Shown piece after piece: positions 37,697 through 48,534 of a stretch of DNA of 64,000 nucleotides. A model generated the notes under the pieces. It was not told where the DNA came from. It ran no database searches and was given only the letters and a program-made list of their open reading frames with translations. Every line of letters starts with the position of its first letter. The first letter of the stretch is position 1. Origin of the DNA: a virus (taxonomy: Duplodnaviria > Caudoviricetes). A program made the position numbers and the translations under genes. The stretch covers positions 96,001 to 160,000 of the IMG/VR virus record IMGVR_UViG_3300015607_004069, one strand, 5' to 3'.

Positions 37697-38029
37697 ATGA
37701 CTGATTTGAAAAAATTCGCTGACTATCTTATTGAAATAGCAGAAGCACAGCCAGAAGCGACATTAGGCCAGATGCAGCTTATATTAAACAGGTTTGAACC
37801 GGCTGTGTCTGCTTCGGCATTTAAAGTATTGGTTCCAAGCGTCTGTGCATGGCAAGCAGTCTGGGATAAATGCGTCCAACTGGGTCTGAATTCAACAGAC
37901 AAGACTGATTCTGGTAAATTAGTATGCGACTTCATTGACAAGCTACACTCTGCTGCAAAGAGTCAAGTCGGCCAGTGTGAAAACGCAAATCAGATTAAAT
38001 CGAATTTGGAGCGAGAAAATGCGGCATAA
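37697..38029 (+). CDS. Hypothetical protein
   Basis: GAGG RBS. Confidence 0.55.
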   Translation: MTDLKKFADYLIEIAEAQPEATLGQMQLILNRFEPAVSASAFKVLVPSVCAWQAVWDKCVQLGLNSTDKTDSGKLVCDFIDKLHSAAKSQVGQCENANQIKSNLERENAA

Positions 38030-38771
38030 ACTTCTCATCATGGCCGCTGTTCATCAGGGAGATATAAAATTCATCCACACGAAATTGAATAATATAGCTC
38101 GTCAGAAAGACATCGAACTAGCTCATGTCGTCTATTTAAACAATATGAATTATGATAATATTGGCGATATCATCACAAAACACATTGAATGTATCGACTA
38201 TTCAAATAGTCATGTCATTTTCACAAAGAACATGCGTCTTTATGAAACATGGAACTACGCCATCAAGCAATATGACTCTGAGTATATTGTCAATGCCAAT
38301 GCTGATGATTTGTGGTCTGAAGATTATATTAGCAAATGCATCAAAATATTAGATGAACAGCCAGATATCAATATAGTCACATCAAATTACTACATAACCG
38401 ATGTGCCAAATCAAAGCAATAGACCATGGAAGAACATCATTGGCGATATAATGCCGCAATATCCAGATGGAACCTTGGGACCATCCCCGATGTTCAGAAG
38501 AAGTCTGATCGACCGCTTCGGACCATATCGATCAGATCTGACAGTAGCTGGCGACGCTGAAATATGGGAACGATGGAGACAGCAGCATGCCTGTGTTTAT
38601 TATCGAATACCAGAGCATGACATATTGTACTTAGCCAGAGGCGATAGTCTGGAAAGAAGAAGAGATGATAAAGGGTCGCTTTACAGTGATATTGATTCCT
38701 CTCTGATAAATGGGCCTCCTAGGGCCAAGACCATCAGAGTGGCGAGAGGCAATATTAAAAGATCATATTGA
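38019..38771 (+). CDS. GT2-family glycosyltransferase
   Basis: LYETWNYAI, NANADD, GPSPMFRRSL, AGDAEIW. Confidence 0.85.
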   Translation: MRHKLLIMAAVHQGDIKFIHTKLNNIARQKDIELAHVVYLNNMNYDNIGDIITKHIECIDYSNSHVIFTKNMRLYETWNYAIKQYDSEYIVNANADDLWSEDYISKCIKILDEQPDINIVTSNYYITDVPNQSNRPWKNIIGDIMPQYPDGTLGPSPMFRRSLIDRFGPYRSDLTVAGDAEIWERWRQQHACVYYRIPEHDILYLARGDSLERRRDDKGSLYSDIDSSLINGPPRAKTIRVARGNIKRSY

Positions 38772-38778
38772 TAAATCT

Positions 38779-39348
38779 TTAGATTTTATGAATCTTGACC
38801 TTCTTTTCAATGGGGTCCCACTTTAATCTTTTTGAATCGATCATCCCTGCTATGATCATTTTGCTGGCCTTCACATATAACAAATTGGAAAAATTGCGGC
38901 AGGCAGGGTGTGGAACTGCTAATATTGGTCCTTCATAGACTTGTTTAATGGCATTTAAAGCCAATACGCCACAAGCAACGACTATGGAAGGCTGAATAAG
39001 CCTAATCATACTTTCCATGTGTTCGAAATCAGGCGGCACCACTGAACTCGGCGTATCCCCGACAACAGGGGTTGTATTATCAAACCAGATATCTATACCA
39101 GCTGCTTCAACTAGATCACGAATAATACGAAGACGTTTGCCTGATCGTGATTTTTCTAACGCTTTCAACCATAATTCTCTTGGCCATTGGTCACCATAAT
39201 ATAACGGCGACCAAGCATTTTGCAATAAAATAATGATTTTAGCACGGTTTGAACTGTCCGGTATATCGGACGTTGACTCTGTAGCCACAATAGTCTTTCT
39301 GGTCATAGGTGTCTTTGAACAATTTGGCGGCATTTCTGTTAAGGACAT
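38779..39348 (-). CDS. Uracil-DNA-glycosylase-superfamily-like protein (start uncertain)
   Basis: LLQNAW, SRSGKRL, PSIVVACG..A, VPHPA. Confidence 0.5.
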   Translation of the reverse strand: MSLTEMPPNCSKTPMTRKTIVATESTSDIPDSSNRAKIIILLQNAWSPLYYGDQWPRELWLKALEKSRSGKRLRIIRDLVEAAGIDIWFDNTTPVVGDTPSSVVPPDFEHMESMIRLIQPSIVVACGVLALNAIKQVYEGPILAVPHPACRNFSNLLYVKASKMIIAGMIDSKRLKWDPIEKKVKIHKI

Positions 39349-39475
39349 AAATATATAACTCCTCTATCTGATTGCTCTTAGGGCCAGTTCTGGACATACC
39401 GATAGTGACTGTGCCTGTTTCGAACATCTCATTGATGTCTGCAAGCAATGCGTCCGCTGCCTTTTCGATAGTCAT
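39239..39475 (-). CDS. Hypothetical protein
   Basis: 78-aa ORF. Confidence 0.5.
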   Translation of the reverse strand: MTIEKAADALLADINEMFETGTVTIGMSRTGPKSNQIEELYIYVLNRNAAKLFKDTYDQKDYCGYRVNVRYTGQFKPC

Positions 39476-39572
39476 TTTTCACCAATAGTGGTCGACATAG
39501 ACTGAGTAGGTAGCTAACCCAGCTTCGGTCAAAGGAAGGCCATTTCTGGCATAGGTTGTTGATACGTTATGA

Positions 39573-40394
39573 TCAGATCGCCTTCAATATACCCATCAGC
39601 CGCTCATTATTGTCGAGCCAAGTTATATCAACCCACTTCAATTCACTTAATCTGTCCTGATAACGGTATAAGCTATCAATCCAAAGAGAAATATTATGCT
39701 TTGGCTGTAGTTCCGATGGTAATGACAATGATGCACAGAAAAAACCACTCCCCACATTAAAGAAGTATTCGGCTGTAGTCAGAGCACCAATGCACTGCCG
39801 TCTGGTCCACCTCTTCATATCGTCGAAACCTACAGCCCCAGCTGGCAATTTGGGCAAGGGCGTTTCTGGACTGAGCATCATTATCCTGTGAGTCAAAGCG
39901 AATTTATCGACTATCATCTGAAAGCTTTCAGCATTTGCCCAGCTCTGGCCTGATTTGAAATGCGATTCAATGGCAATGCTGCGAATACCATCGTTATATG
40001 TCCTCCGCATCCCATGTAGTTCATCATCAGTCAGATATAACTTGGGACGCTGGTTGGTGACTGTTATCCCGAATTGTTCGCCGATTTCCTTGGATGTATC
40101 AATCAGGCTGTGATTGGGGTTTGCACTCTTCAAGTGTGGAAAGTAGGAATTGGGTGTTATTTGTCTGTACTCTTTGTAGCCATGGGCCTTGGCAGCGGCA
40201 CGTCCGCCGTCTAAGCCACCGATAGGAACAATGTCATTTATGAATGGGACGTTTTGAAAGGCATCAATGCAGTGTGGCATGGTGGCGATGCCGACTGGAC
40301 ATCCGATTCGTTTGGAGAATTCTTCTATCAATGGCAGGCCCATGACGCAATCGCCAAAACCATAGGCCAGTTCAATTAACAAAGTTTTGCGCAT
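39573..40394 (-). CDS. GT9 (heptosyltransferase-like) glycosyltransferase
   Basis: GFGDCVMGLPLI, NVPFINDI, PKLYLT, NVGSG. Confidence 0.75.
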   Translation of the reverse strand: MRKTLLIELAYGFGDCVMGLPLIEEFSKRIGCPVGIATMPHCIDAFQNVPFINDIVPIGGLDGGRAAAKAHGYKEYRQITPNSYFPHLKSANPNHSLIDTSKEIGEQFGITVTNQRPKLYLTDDELHGMRRTYNDGIRSIAIESHFKSGQSWANAESFQMIVDKFALTHRIMMLSPETPLPKLPAGAVGFDDMKRWTRRQCIGALTTAEYFFNVGSGFFCASLSLPSELQPKHNISLWIDSLYRYQDRLSELKWVDITWLDNNERLMGILKAI

Positions 40395-40448
40395 GAAAGT
40401 ATCCGATTAGATTGGGCAGAGGCGTATTAAATACGATCAGGAGGAACT

Positions 40449-40646
40449 ATGATAGATCACAATGGACCATTCGCCAAAGCTATGCATGATATAATCTGCA
40501 GCAAGCTCTTTCACAACAGGGGCGACAATTCAAAAGATTCGTTTAGTTTACTTCCAGAAAGCATGCGTAAAAAGTACGCAGAAATAATCAACGAATATGA
40601 AAATCAACGAAAAGCAATAATGGAAACAATAGTCAAGAAGATTTAG
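40449..40646 (+). CDS. Hypothetical protein
   Basis: AGGAGG RBS. Confidence 0.5.
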   Translation: MIDHNGPFAKAMHDIICSKLFHNRGDNSKDSFSLLPESMRKKYAEIINEYENQRKAIMETIVKKI

Positions 40647-40852
40647 GACTTCTTCTTTTTGACAATAGGAGTCTGCTTAGTTGGCTTGATGATCTTCATG
40701 CCCAGCATAGTAGTCTTGCTACCATTGCCAGCTTTGTTGCTGGCAATATTGCTATAATTTTTGCTGCTTTTCTTGCTTTTGCTGCCTGCAGCCCCCAATG
40801 GCTTGAAAGAGCCGAAACCAAGTGTGCCGCCAAAACAACCAGTCGTAGTCAT
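40643..40852 (-). CDS. Small Lys/Gly/Ser-rich basic protein
   Basis: GGAG RBS; highly basic. Confidence 0.45.
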   Translation of the reverse strand: MTTTGCFGGTLGFGSFKPLGAAGSKSKKSSKNYSNIASNKAGNGSKTTMLGMKIIKPTKQTPIVKKKKS

Positions 40853-40873
40853 GAACTTGCTCCAATATCGATG

Positions 40874-43800
40874 TTATAACTTTGGCACCGCACCAATGTT
40901 GAGCATGTTCGGAATACTCCCGTCCATCCTCCATGGAGATCCGAACACTTCCGAAAATGGCGCAACTGTTTCCAGAGTCGCAGACTCACCACCATACTCA
41001 TCAGCTTCTACAGAACAATTCATGCGGATGGAGTAAGGCCTGCGACTAGCTGTGCCATTGTACCAAGTTCCATCAGTCCCATCATGGTTCGCCACATAAA
41101 TAGCAGAACCCATAGTAAATAAGACATTAAAAGTCCCGGCGAATATGGGCATGCCCAGAGCCGACATTATCTCTGATTTTTCGCTAGTACCAGATGCCAC
41201 AAAGCTGAATTCGCCTACATCACTTGGATAACCATCGATAACATCAGTAAACAAGCCGGTAGAACTGTCATACACAGCAGTATCAAATAGCGGGCGATCT
41301 GTCACGATTGTTTCTGACTCAGTATAAGTAGTAGTCGGATTGTCATATGGTCTTGGGCTATTGTTAGAATAAACTGCATGCCAAATGTTACTGTCGTCAG
41401 AAACAGTAGATGAACTGCTGCCGGACATATTGTCAATATCTGGCGGCAGACCATTCCCTAATACGGTAAACGGCTCGGTATCGAACACCAGTTGTTCATC
41501 TTCCCCGTTCTGAATCAATCTTGCATTGAGGAAATTAGCAGATGAATTGCATCCACCCTGATCCCAAGGCCGCTTACTATAAATGGGACTTACGAAATCA
41601 GTCAGTAGGTTCCTCATCATGACAAGCCTGCAATTCTGAAACTGCAGACTCGGAATAGTAATGTTGAGTGAATTGGGAGTAAGAGCCAGATTGCTTTCTG
41701 GACGAATGTCATCAAGACCGGGCCGATTGCTGAAACACAATATAACCGATTTATTCATGCTGGCGATAATTCTGCCGAGCCAGCTTTTTGGCTTACCGTT
41801 ATTATTAAAGTCAGGCAGAAGGTTCTGATTAAAGCCTAGTTTACCACCGCTGAATGTCAGGTTGCGCTTGACAGTATTGTCAACATTGACCATAAGATTC
41901 ATACCAGTCTTGCTATATAAATTGCTTGGACTGACATAATACCAGTATGAACCACTGCCTAAGGTGGCTGTACGACAAGAAATGACTCCGAGATCATATT
42001 GCTCTTCTAAAGGCACTCGATGAGTCGTTGACAGTTCGTCCTCTACTCGGCCTTTGAAACACCAGTCAGATGTAACTGATGGTGCACAGACAAATCCATA
42101 ACCACTGTAATATTTCATGGCTTCAGCGACAATATGCTTGTCCAAAGCATCGACTTTGCCGACTACTGTAGTGTTTATATGATCGTCGTCATTGGGTGGA
42201 ACCAGATTGGCTGGTGACTGCCCGACCTGCAGTGAATTCGCTCCTATTCCGGGAATGACATCCAAGGCATCTTCTTCAGTCCTCGAATCCTTTATGATGA
42301 TGCTCTGACCATACTTCATATAGCCACAGGCATCAGGGGATGATGTCGGCAGATTGATGATGATGGAATGAGTGAAATCCCTTTCTGACAATAGCTGATA
42401 TGCTTCGTATTCTGCAGTCGCACCATTGATGACATGGGTTCGATAGGCATAGTCTTCTGATTTGAATCCGCTCAATTCCAATGGGCTGTCAATGCAAGAT
42501 CCGCTAGGAAAATAGGGGATTACAGCGGGTGGCACTTGCTGCACACCAGCATCAACATCAAATCGCTGTGTGACATCATATCCAACGCACCAGTCACCGA
42601 CCATATATGTCTCTTCAAAGACACTCAAATATCGGAATGCTCTAAGAAGACTATGGGCAGCTTTCACTCTGTAAATGAAGTCGAGTAGGAACCCAAGAAT
42701 GCTAGCGTCAGTAGGTAAAAGATTATCGATCTTAGATAGAATCTGAACATCGAAATAATTCGACCGTCTGTTTTCCAAGGCGGCTGGTAGATTTATCTTG
42801 ATGCGTTCATAGACTGCAACGCTATAAACTACACTCGTGCCATCGAATTCAACATACCTGTCATAGCTCAATGAAATCAGGTTCTTTTCTATATCCATAG
42901 TAGCGTTGACAGTACTTATTGGACCGCCATCGCCCACTATCATGGAGCTAGCTACTATGCCATTGGCCATTCTCATCAGGCTGTAGTTGATCAGGCCTTC
43001 TGCTCTGGTCAGCTGTTCTATTTCAACAAGATCATCAGTGGTAGCGAACCCAGAAGAATCTACACTGTTTACAGACCCTGTTAATGGCCCAATGGACCCA
43101 TTGGTTGTCAAATAGTCTCTGATTCGATTTTCAGCGACGCTGTCTTTAGCTACCAGAAAGGAGTGGATGGTAACTGAGCCGCTGTCTTTATTGGATTTGA
43201 ACGGATCAACGCCATCTAGGCTCTGTGGTCGATATACCAGAGGAATAATAGATTGGCCGAAACCATCGACCTCAGTGGCTACTAGAAGCGGATCGACTAC
43301 ACCATCGGTTTCTAATGTGAAGTCCGGGTATTCATCAGGCCCGATAGTGTCATTTTTTGTATAGGTGGTAGCGCCTGGAATGAAATAAAGATTATTGACT
43401 AATACAGTAAAGCCGAATAAATTGAAAAGTCTATTGATGGCAGTGATGCTACCTCTTGTCTTTTGAATCTCGGCCAGTGACAGCAGCACTGCTTTTCTTA
43501 GATCATCTGCCGATTTTGGAAAGAACGGAATGTCCCAGCCTAAGGTTGGCACCAGATAGGGGACAAGCGGAAATTGGATGTCTCTTACCCAATTTATGGA
43601 TTGTAAGAATCCCTGCTCATCGAATATGTCCTGCAATGAGTCCAAAACAGGCCGAAAGAGGTCGATGGTTGGTTCTTTATCGAGGGTTGCACCGCTGAAG
43701 TCAATAGGGACTAAACCGTTGACGAAATCAGCCAGCACGTCGCCCGGATGGTTGAAAGGAATTCTGCATGAACTGGGGACAATATTATCAGTCACACAGA

Positions 43801-44398
43801 CAATATTGTTGCCGTCTCGTGTCAGTATTCTCTGGTTGTAGTTGAGCGAATATTCCAGTGAATAATAGCCATTTGGCAGGCCGACTGTTTCAAACAGAAT
43901 ATTGCTTAGATCAAAGTAATCAACATCTTGAAACCATACAATCTTGTCAAATACGCCCGATGCCAGTGTCAGATACATCCGATCACCGTCTTTGACGTTT
44001 TCTGCGACAATCAGATTGTTATTGGAATCATAGAAATCTTGTATGCTGGTATCGATCTGAAGCGATAATAGTTCTACGGCATCGATAGTCTTGATGTATA
44101 CGATTTCTTCTGGGAACCTTTCGCCTACATGGTCATGGCCGTTTACAAAGGGGCGATCTGGTGCTCCTAACACCCTGATGGTGAGGCTTTCTGGTAGAGT
44201 TCCAGCTACTTCAAGACCTTCTTTTGTTCTACGACCGGGGATGGTCAGGACTACAGGGTATCCAAATGGCTTCCATGCAGTTCTGTCATTGTTATTTGGA
44301 AAAAGGGTGTAACTAGGTAGTACACGAGAGGCTAGGCTGCTGGTTCCAGACCATGTTAATAGACCGTAGTTGTTTAGTGGTTTATCTTGGCTTGCCAT
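40874..44398 (-). CDS. Baseplate wedge / tail protein (P2 gpI-like domain)
   Basis: LVPYLVPTLGW..LRKAVL..QKTRGSITAINRLFNLFG; later VKAAHS. Confidence 0.7.
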   Translation of the reverse strand: MASQDKPLNNYGLLTWSGTSSLASRVLPSYTLFPNNNDRTAWKPFGYPVVLTIPGRRTKEGLEVAGTLPESLTIRVLGAPDRPFVNGHDHVGERFPEEIVYIKTIDAVELLSLQIDTSIQDFYDSNNNLIVAENVKDGDRMYLTLASGVFDKIVWFQDVDYFDLSNILFETVGLPNGYYSLEYSLNYNQRILTRDGNNIVCVTDNIVPSSCRIPFNHPGDVLADFVNGLVPIDFSGATLDKEPTIDLFRPVLDSLQDIFDEQGFLQSINWVRDIQFPLVPYLVPTLGWDIPFFPKSADDLRKAVLLSLAEIQKTRGSITAINRLFNLFGFTVLVNNLYFIPGATTYTKNDTIGPDEYPDFTLETDGVVDPLLVATEVDGFGQSIIPLVYRPQSLDGVDPFKSNKDSGSVTIHSFLVAKDSVAENRIRDYLTTNGSIGPLTGSVNSVDSSGFATTDDLVEIEQLTRAEGLINYSLMRMANGIVASSMIVGDGGPISTVNATMDIEKNLISLSYDRYVEFDGTSVVYSVAVYERIKINLPAALENRRSNYFDVQILSKIDNLLPTDASILGFLLDFIYRVKAAHSLLRAFRYLSVFEETYMVGDWCVGYDVTQRFDVDAGVQQVPPAVIPYFPSGSCIDSPLELSGFKSEDYAYRTHVINGATAEYEAYQLLSERDFTHSIIINLPTSSPDACGYMKYGQSIIIKDSRTEEDALDVIPGIGANSLQVGQSPANLVPPNDDDHINTTVVGKVDALDKHIVAEAMKYYSGYGFVCAPSVTSDWCFKGRVEDELSTTHRVPLEEQYDLGVISCRTATLGSGSYWYYVSPSNLYSKTGMNLMVNVDNTVKRNLTFSGGKLGFNQNLLPDFNNNGKPKSWLGRIIASMNKSVILCFSNRPGLDDIRPESNLALTPNSLNITIPSLQFQNCRLVMMRNLLTDFVSPIYSKRPWDQGGCNSSANFLNARLIQNGEDEQLVFDTEPFTVLGNGLPPDIDNMSGSSSSTVSDDSNIWHAVYSNNSPRPYDNPTTTYTESETIVTDRPLFDTAVYDSSTGLFTDVIDGYPSDVGEFSFVASGTSEKSEIMSALGMPIFAGTFNVLFTMGSAIYVANHDGTDGTWYNGTASRRPYSIRMNCSVEADEYGGESATLETVAPFSEVFGSPWRMDGSIPNMLNIGAVPKL

Positions 44399-44443
44399 AT
44401 AGAAGTACCGAGGGTATCAATACTCTATATTACCAGCGAACCA

Positions 44444-45085
44444 TCAAAGAATGATTTTTCTAGTCTTTGGTTGTTCTTGCTTGCGGAAATTCTTGATTGA
44501 CTCTAACTTACGGGTGCGCTCTAAGGATTCGACCATAATGTTGATCTTACTCATTTCTGAATCATTTAAACCTTCACATTTTACCATGATGCCCGGTATG
44601 TTATGATTATAGACCCAGAAGGCTATTTTGGTATTGTCCATGATTTTGTTGGCCAGCTGTTTATTGCCTTGACCTTTGAAATACCCAGCCGCTTCTATAA
44701 GATCGAAAGGCCGTCTGGACCATTTGATTAGCGTATCAAACGAAATTGAAACTTTATCAATGTCCTTTTCGGATGGTGCCGGAGGCAGAACAAAATCAGT
44801 GTTAACTACTAGCTTATTGATTTCTAGCCTCTCATGCAGTTCGCCTGAGAAGAACATTTTGAATTGTTTCTTGTCATCAATATAGACTTTGACAGTGTTG
44901 ACAAGGTTAGCTACCTTGTCTATGATCTCTTGTTTGTCGCTGGCAAATAGATGTCTGATAGCCGTAAAGAATTCGCCAATGGGAACAAATGCGAATTGAA
45001 AATCGGCCAGAGCCATGATCTGATTTTCGTCGGGCTTGACTTCATCTATTTCTTTGACTGTTTCGATTTTGCTCGGCGATGTCAT
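44444..45085 (-). CDS. Hypothetical protein
   Basis: 213-aa ORF. Confidence 0.6.
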   Translation of the reverse strand: MTSPSKIETVKEIDEVKPDENQIMALADFQFAFVPIGEFFTAIRHLFASDKQEIIDKVANLVNTVKVYIDDKKQFKMFFSGELHERLEINKLVVNTDFVLPPAPSEKDIDKVSISFDTLIKWSRRPFDLIEAAGYFKGQGNKQLANKIMDNTKIAFWVYNHNIPGIMVKCEGLNDSEMSKINIMVESLERTRKLESIKNFRKQEQPKTRKIIL

Positions 45086-45108
45086 ATTGCAATCCTAGAG
45101 TTGTCACT

Positions 45109-45633
45109 CTAGATACAATCGAGAGTAATAAGAGTCTTATTGCTGTCCGTATCCGACCATACTATGTGTTTTACGATGATGGTTCTGCCGGTTATATTAT
45201 TAGGCATTCCGATATAGTTTTTGGCCTTTCCCTTGTTGAGATAGGATAAGGTAGCATGCGGACGAAATTCGTCATATTTATAATCATTTGGGAATATGGT
45301 TTTAATGGATTCGTGAATTTGGTGTAATGTCGGGCAATCTACAATATCGAATTTTAAGACATCGTGCTTGGGGCTGGTTTCGAATGAAGTAATGTCACCA
45401 AATTGCATGGCGAACGGTCTTATGGCTTTCAAGGCTCGTAGAACCAGATTTTTGTATCGGTCATCAAGTCCATAGAGCACTGTCACATGATGGTGGTCTT
45501 CTAGTCCGTCATTGGCTTCTTCTACAAACAGGTCTTTCTGGTCGATCTTCTTTTGAACTTCATATATGGCTTTAGAAGTCACAGGAGGGATGTTTATCAA
45601 AATACAGGCATATTTTCTAGGTCGGTCGGACAT
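45109..45633 (-). CDS. 2H phosphoesterase, Acb1/T4 gp57B-like
   Basis: Two HxT motifs: HVTVLYGL and PHATLSY. Confidence 0.8.
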   Translation of the reverse strand: MSDRPRKYACILINIPPVTSKAIYEVQKKIDQKDLFVEEANDGLEDHHHVTVLYGLDDRYKNLVLRALKAIRPFAMQFGDITSFETSPKHDVLKFDIVDCPTLHQIHESIKTIFPNDYKYDEFRPHATLSYLNKGKAKNYIGMPNNITGRTIIVKHIVWSDTDSNKTLITLDCI

Positions 45634-45697
45634 TACTTAAAATGCCTCCAGCCAAACTTTTAGTACACACTATCTATCTTTATCAAGGGAAGACGTT

Positions 45698-46675
45698 ATG
45701 CCAAGATTAGTTTTCGTGTACGCAGGGTCACCAGATGAACAGAGGCGACAGTCACCCTATAGCATAACCCGCAATCTCTATTCTTTTTTCAAAAATAAAG
45801 GCCTTGATGTAGTTTATAAAAACTGGACTGATAGCGGCGTTGGTTTTCAAGTCGATAAGAACGATATTGTTCTAGGGCATCCGGCATACGATCAGTCTTC
45901 CATAATTCAACATATATTCAGATCAGGTCAGAAATGCAAGGCCAAGATACTAATTCATCCCTTGCATCTGAATTTCGTCGAAGACAACTTACCTTTTGAT
46001 GATCTATGGAAGTCTTGCGATGCCGGTATTGCCATCACTGGCAAATACTGGTATGATATGCTAGAGAAATCAAAATTCGCACACTGGAAGCCAAAAATGA
46101 CACGCATCGACATGGCTGTCGATCATGAGATATACAAATGGTATAAAAAGGATATCGGTTTCAGAGTCGAAGGCACAAGAGAACTGGTATACATTGGCAG
46201 CAGCACACATAATAAGAACCTCTGGTATCTGACCAACATCATGCGTGCTATGCCGACCGTCAAATTGAACTGGTTCGGTGGTTCTTCTGATCATTCTCTT
46301 GCCAAATTACCTAATGTCACAACCACTGGCTGGCAGGAATTGAATGATGACGTATTGAAGCAAATATGTGGTAGCAGTGATATTTTCGTCAACGTCAGTA
46401 TTAGCGATGCCAATCCGACAAGCTTAATAGAAGCGGCTTCTATTGGATTGGTTATTGCCTGCACTAAGGAAAGTGGTTACTATAATGATCCGATGGTTAC
46501 TAATTTACCACTTGACGATGTTGACGGGGCCGTATCTAAGATTACTGAACTGCTATTATTGCCAATCTCGGAAATGGAAAAACGAAGCACTTATAATCGT
46601 CAAGAAATTGAAAAGAAGTATAATTGGAATGTCTTCTGTAATATGGTTTGGTCAGTGGTCAATAAATTTATATAA
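45698..46675 (+). CDS. GT4-like (GT-B) glycosyltransferase
   Basis: YIGS..HNKNL, DIFVNVSISDANPTSLIEAASIG, KYNW. Confidence 0.8.
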   Translation: MPRLVFVYAGSPDEQRRQSPYSITRNLYSFFKNKGLDVVYKNWTDSGVGFQVDKNDIVLGHPAYDQSSIIQHIFRSGQKCKAKILIHPLHLNFVEDNLPFDDLWKSCDAGIAITGKYWYDMLEKSKFAHWKPKMTRIDMAVDHEIYKWYKKDIGFRVEGTRELVYIGSSTHNKNLWYLTNIMRAMPTVKLNWFGGSSDHSLAKLPNVTTTGWQELNDDVLKQICGSSDIFVNVSISDANPTSLIEAASIGLVIACTKESGYYNDPMVTNLPLDDVDGAVSKITELLLLPISEMEKRSTYNRQEIEKKYNWNVFCNMVWSVVNKFI

Positions 46676-46696
46676 TCATTCTGCTAGGAGATCGAC

Positions 46697-48496
46697 ATGG
46701 CCGATCTCCTAGCAGAGTTTGTTGAAAAAGCAAAACGAATTCATGGCGACAAGTTTGACTATTCTAAAGCTATATATACTAATAATAAGGCTAGAATAGA
46801 GATAGTCTGCCCTATGCATGGTTCTTTTTGGCAAACTCCATCCAGACATCTTAGCAGTCGTGGATGCGAAAAATGTAGAAAATTGTCATTTTCAAGTTTA
46901 GACGCTTTTATTAAAAAAGCTAATCTCGTGCACTCTAATAAGTATGATTATTCCAAAGCCAACTATATAGATAACGATACTGAGTTGGAAATTATTTGTC
47001 CAGAACATGGGTCATTCTTTAGAAGACCACGGACTCATTGCTGTGAGGCTGGGTGTCCGACATGTGACAATCTTAAACGATCTAAATCGACAAAATTTGG
47101 CAGGCTAGAAAAAGCCAGAAGAAAATTTGGCGACAGATTCAGATATGTTCTAGTTAAAACCAGTCAATACGAGATATATTGTGCTGAGCATGGTTTAATT
47201 GACATGACACTGTCCGCCCATTTGCATTCTAAATTTGGATGCGCATTATGTTATGAAAAATCGAGACGGCATAGTGTTGATACGTTTATTGACAATGCTA
47301 AGAAAATTCATGGCGATATTTATGATTATAGCAAAGTCACTTTTTCTAATACATCAGATAAAGTAGAAATCATATGTTATAAACATGGCTCTTTCTTTCA
47401 GAAAGTCGGCCCGCATATTTATGAAGGCAAAGGATGTAAAAAGTGTGCAGATAGGACCATAGGAAAAGAAGAGTTTATTAGGCGTTCTAAATTGATTCAC
47501 GGTGAAAGATATGACTACTCTAAAGTCATATATCGTAGCGTCAATCATCATGTTATTATTGGTTGCCCAGAGCATGGCAATTTTCGACAGCGCGCTATAT
47601 ATCATTTATCCGGTAATATCGGATGTCCAAAATGCAATTCGTCTAGTATACAAGAGAAAGTGCGAACCTATATCAGTTCGATTTATGCTGGTGAAGTAAT
47701 CGAAACTAGTCGTTCGATCATTCCACCATTTGAATTAGATTTCTATCTGCCAGAAAAGAATTTCGCAATTGAGGTCAATGGTAATTTCTTTCATTCATTT
47801 AATAACTTGGAAACATTAAAACAGAAGTTTAGGCATCATCGAAAAGCGACGCTATGCCATGAAAAGAACATAACGCTATTTCAGATGACAGAGCATGAAA
47901 TTAGTGAAAAATGGGATATATTAAAATCGATGATTAATCATCACCTTGGTATGTCCAAGAGAATTGGAGCTAGAAAATGCAGGATTAAAGAAATATTGGC
48001 ACACGATTGCAGGGCATTCCTGCAAAGAACTCATATAGCCGGTTTTAATGGTGCGACTAAATATTATGGCTTATTTCTCGATAATCAATTGATACTAGTG
48101 TGTTCATTTATCAAGAGAGACAACAAATGGGAAATAATGAGATTAGCTACCGAATTGGGTTATAGCATAGCCGGTGGATTTGGAAAAATATTAAAATACT
48201 TCATTAAACACGAGAAACCAACTTTGATTTATACATATGCAGATAGGCGATGGTCTAAAAATGCCGGCGCTTATCAGACACAAGGTTTTAAATTGATCAA
48301 AATCACCAAACCGGGATATGTTTATTTAGATAAATCAGGAAAGTTTGCCGGTTCACGTCAGAGATTTCAAAAACATAAGCTGCCCGAAATTCTTAATAAC
48401 TATGATAAATCATTAACTGAAGCAGAGAATATGTTTAATCACGGTTATAGGAGGCTGTGGGATGCTGGGCATTTTAAATTAGAGCTGAGATTATAG
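46697..48496 (+). mobile_element. Hef-like homing endonuclease: DUF723/CapR zinc repeats + PD-(D/E)xK nuclease + GNAT-like C-domain
   Basis: Repeated HGDxYDYSK..IICPEHGxF..H..GCPxC; ELDFYLPEKNFAIEVNG; IGARKC..FL..H..YADRRW..WDAG. Confidence 0.8.
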
Positions 48497-48534
48497 TATT
48501 GCCGCTGCATTCCCTACTATGGAGTGCAGCGGCA

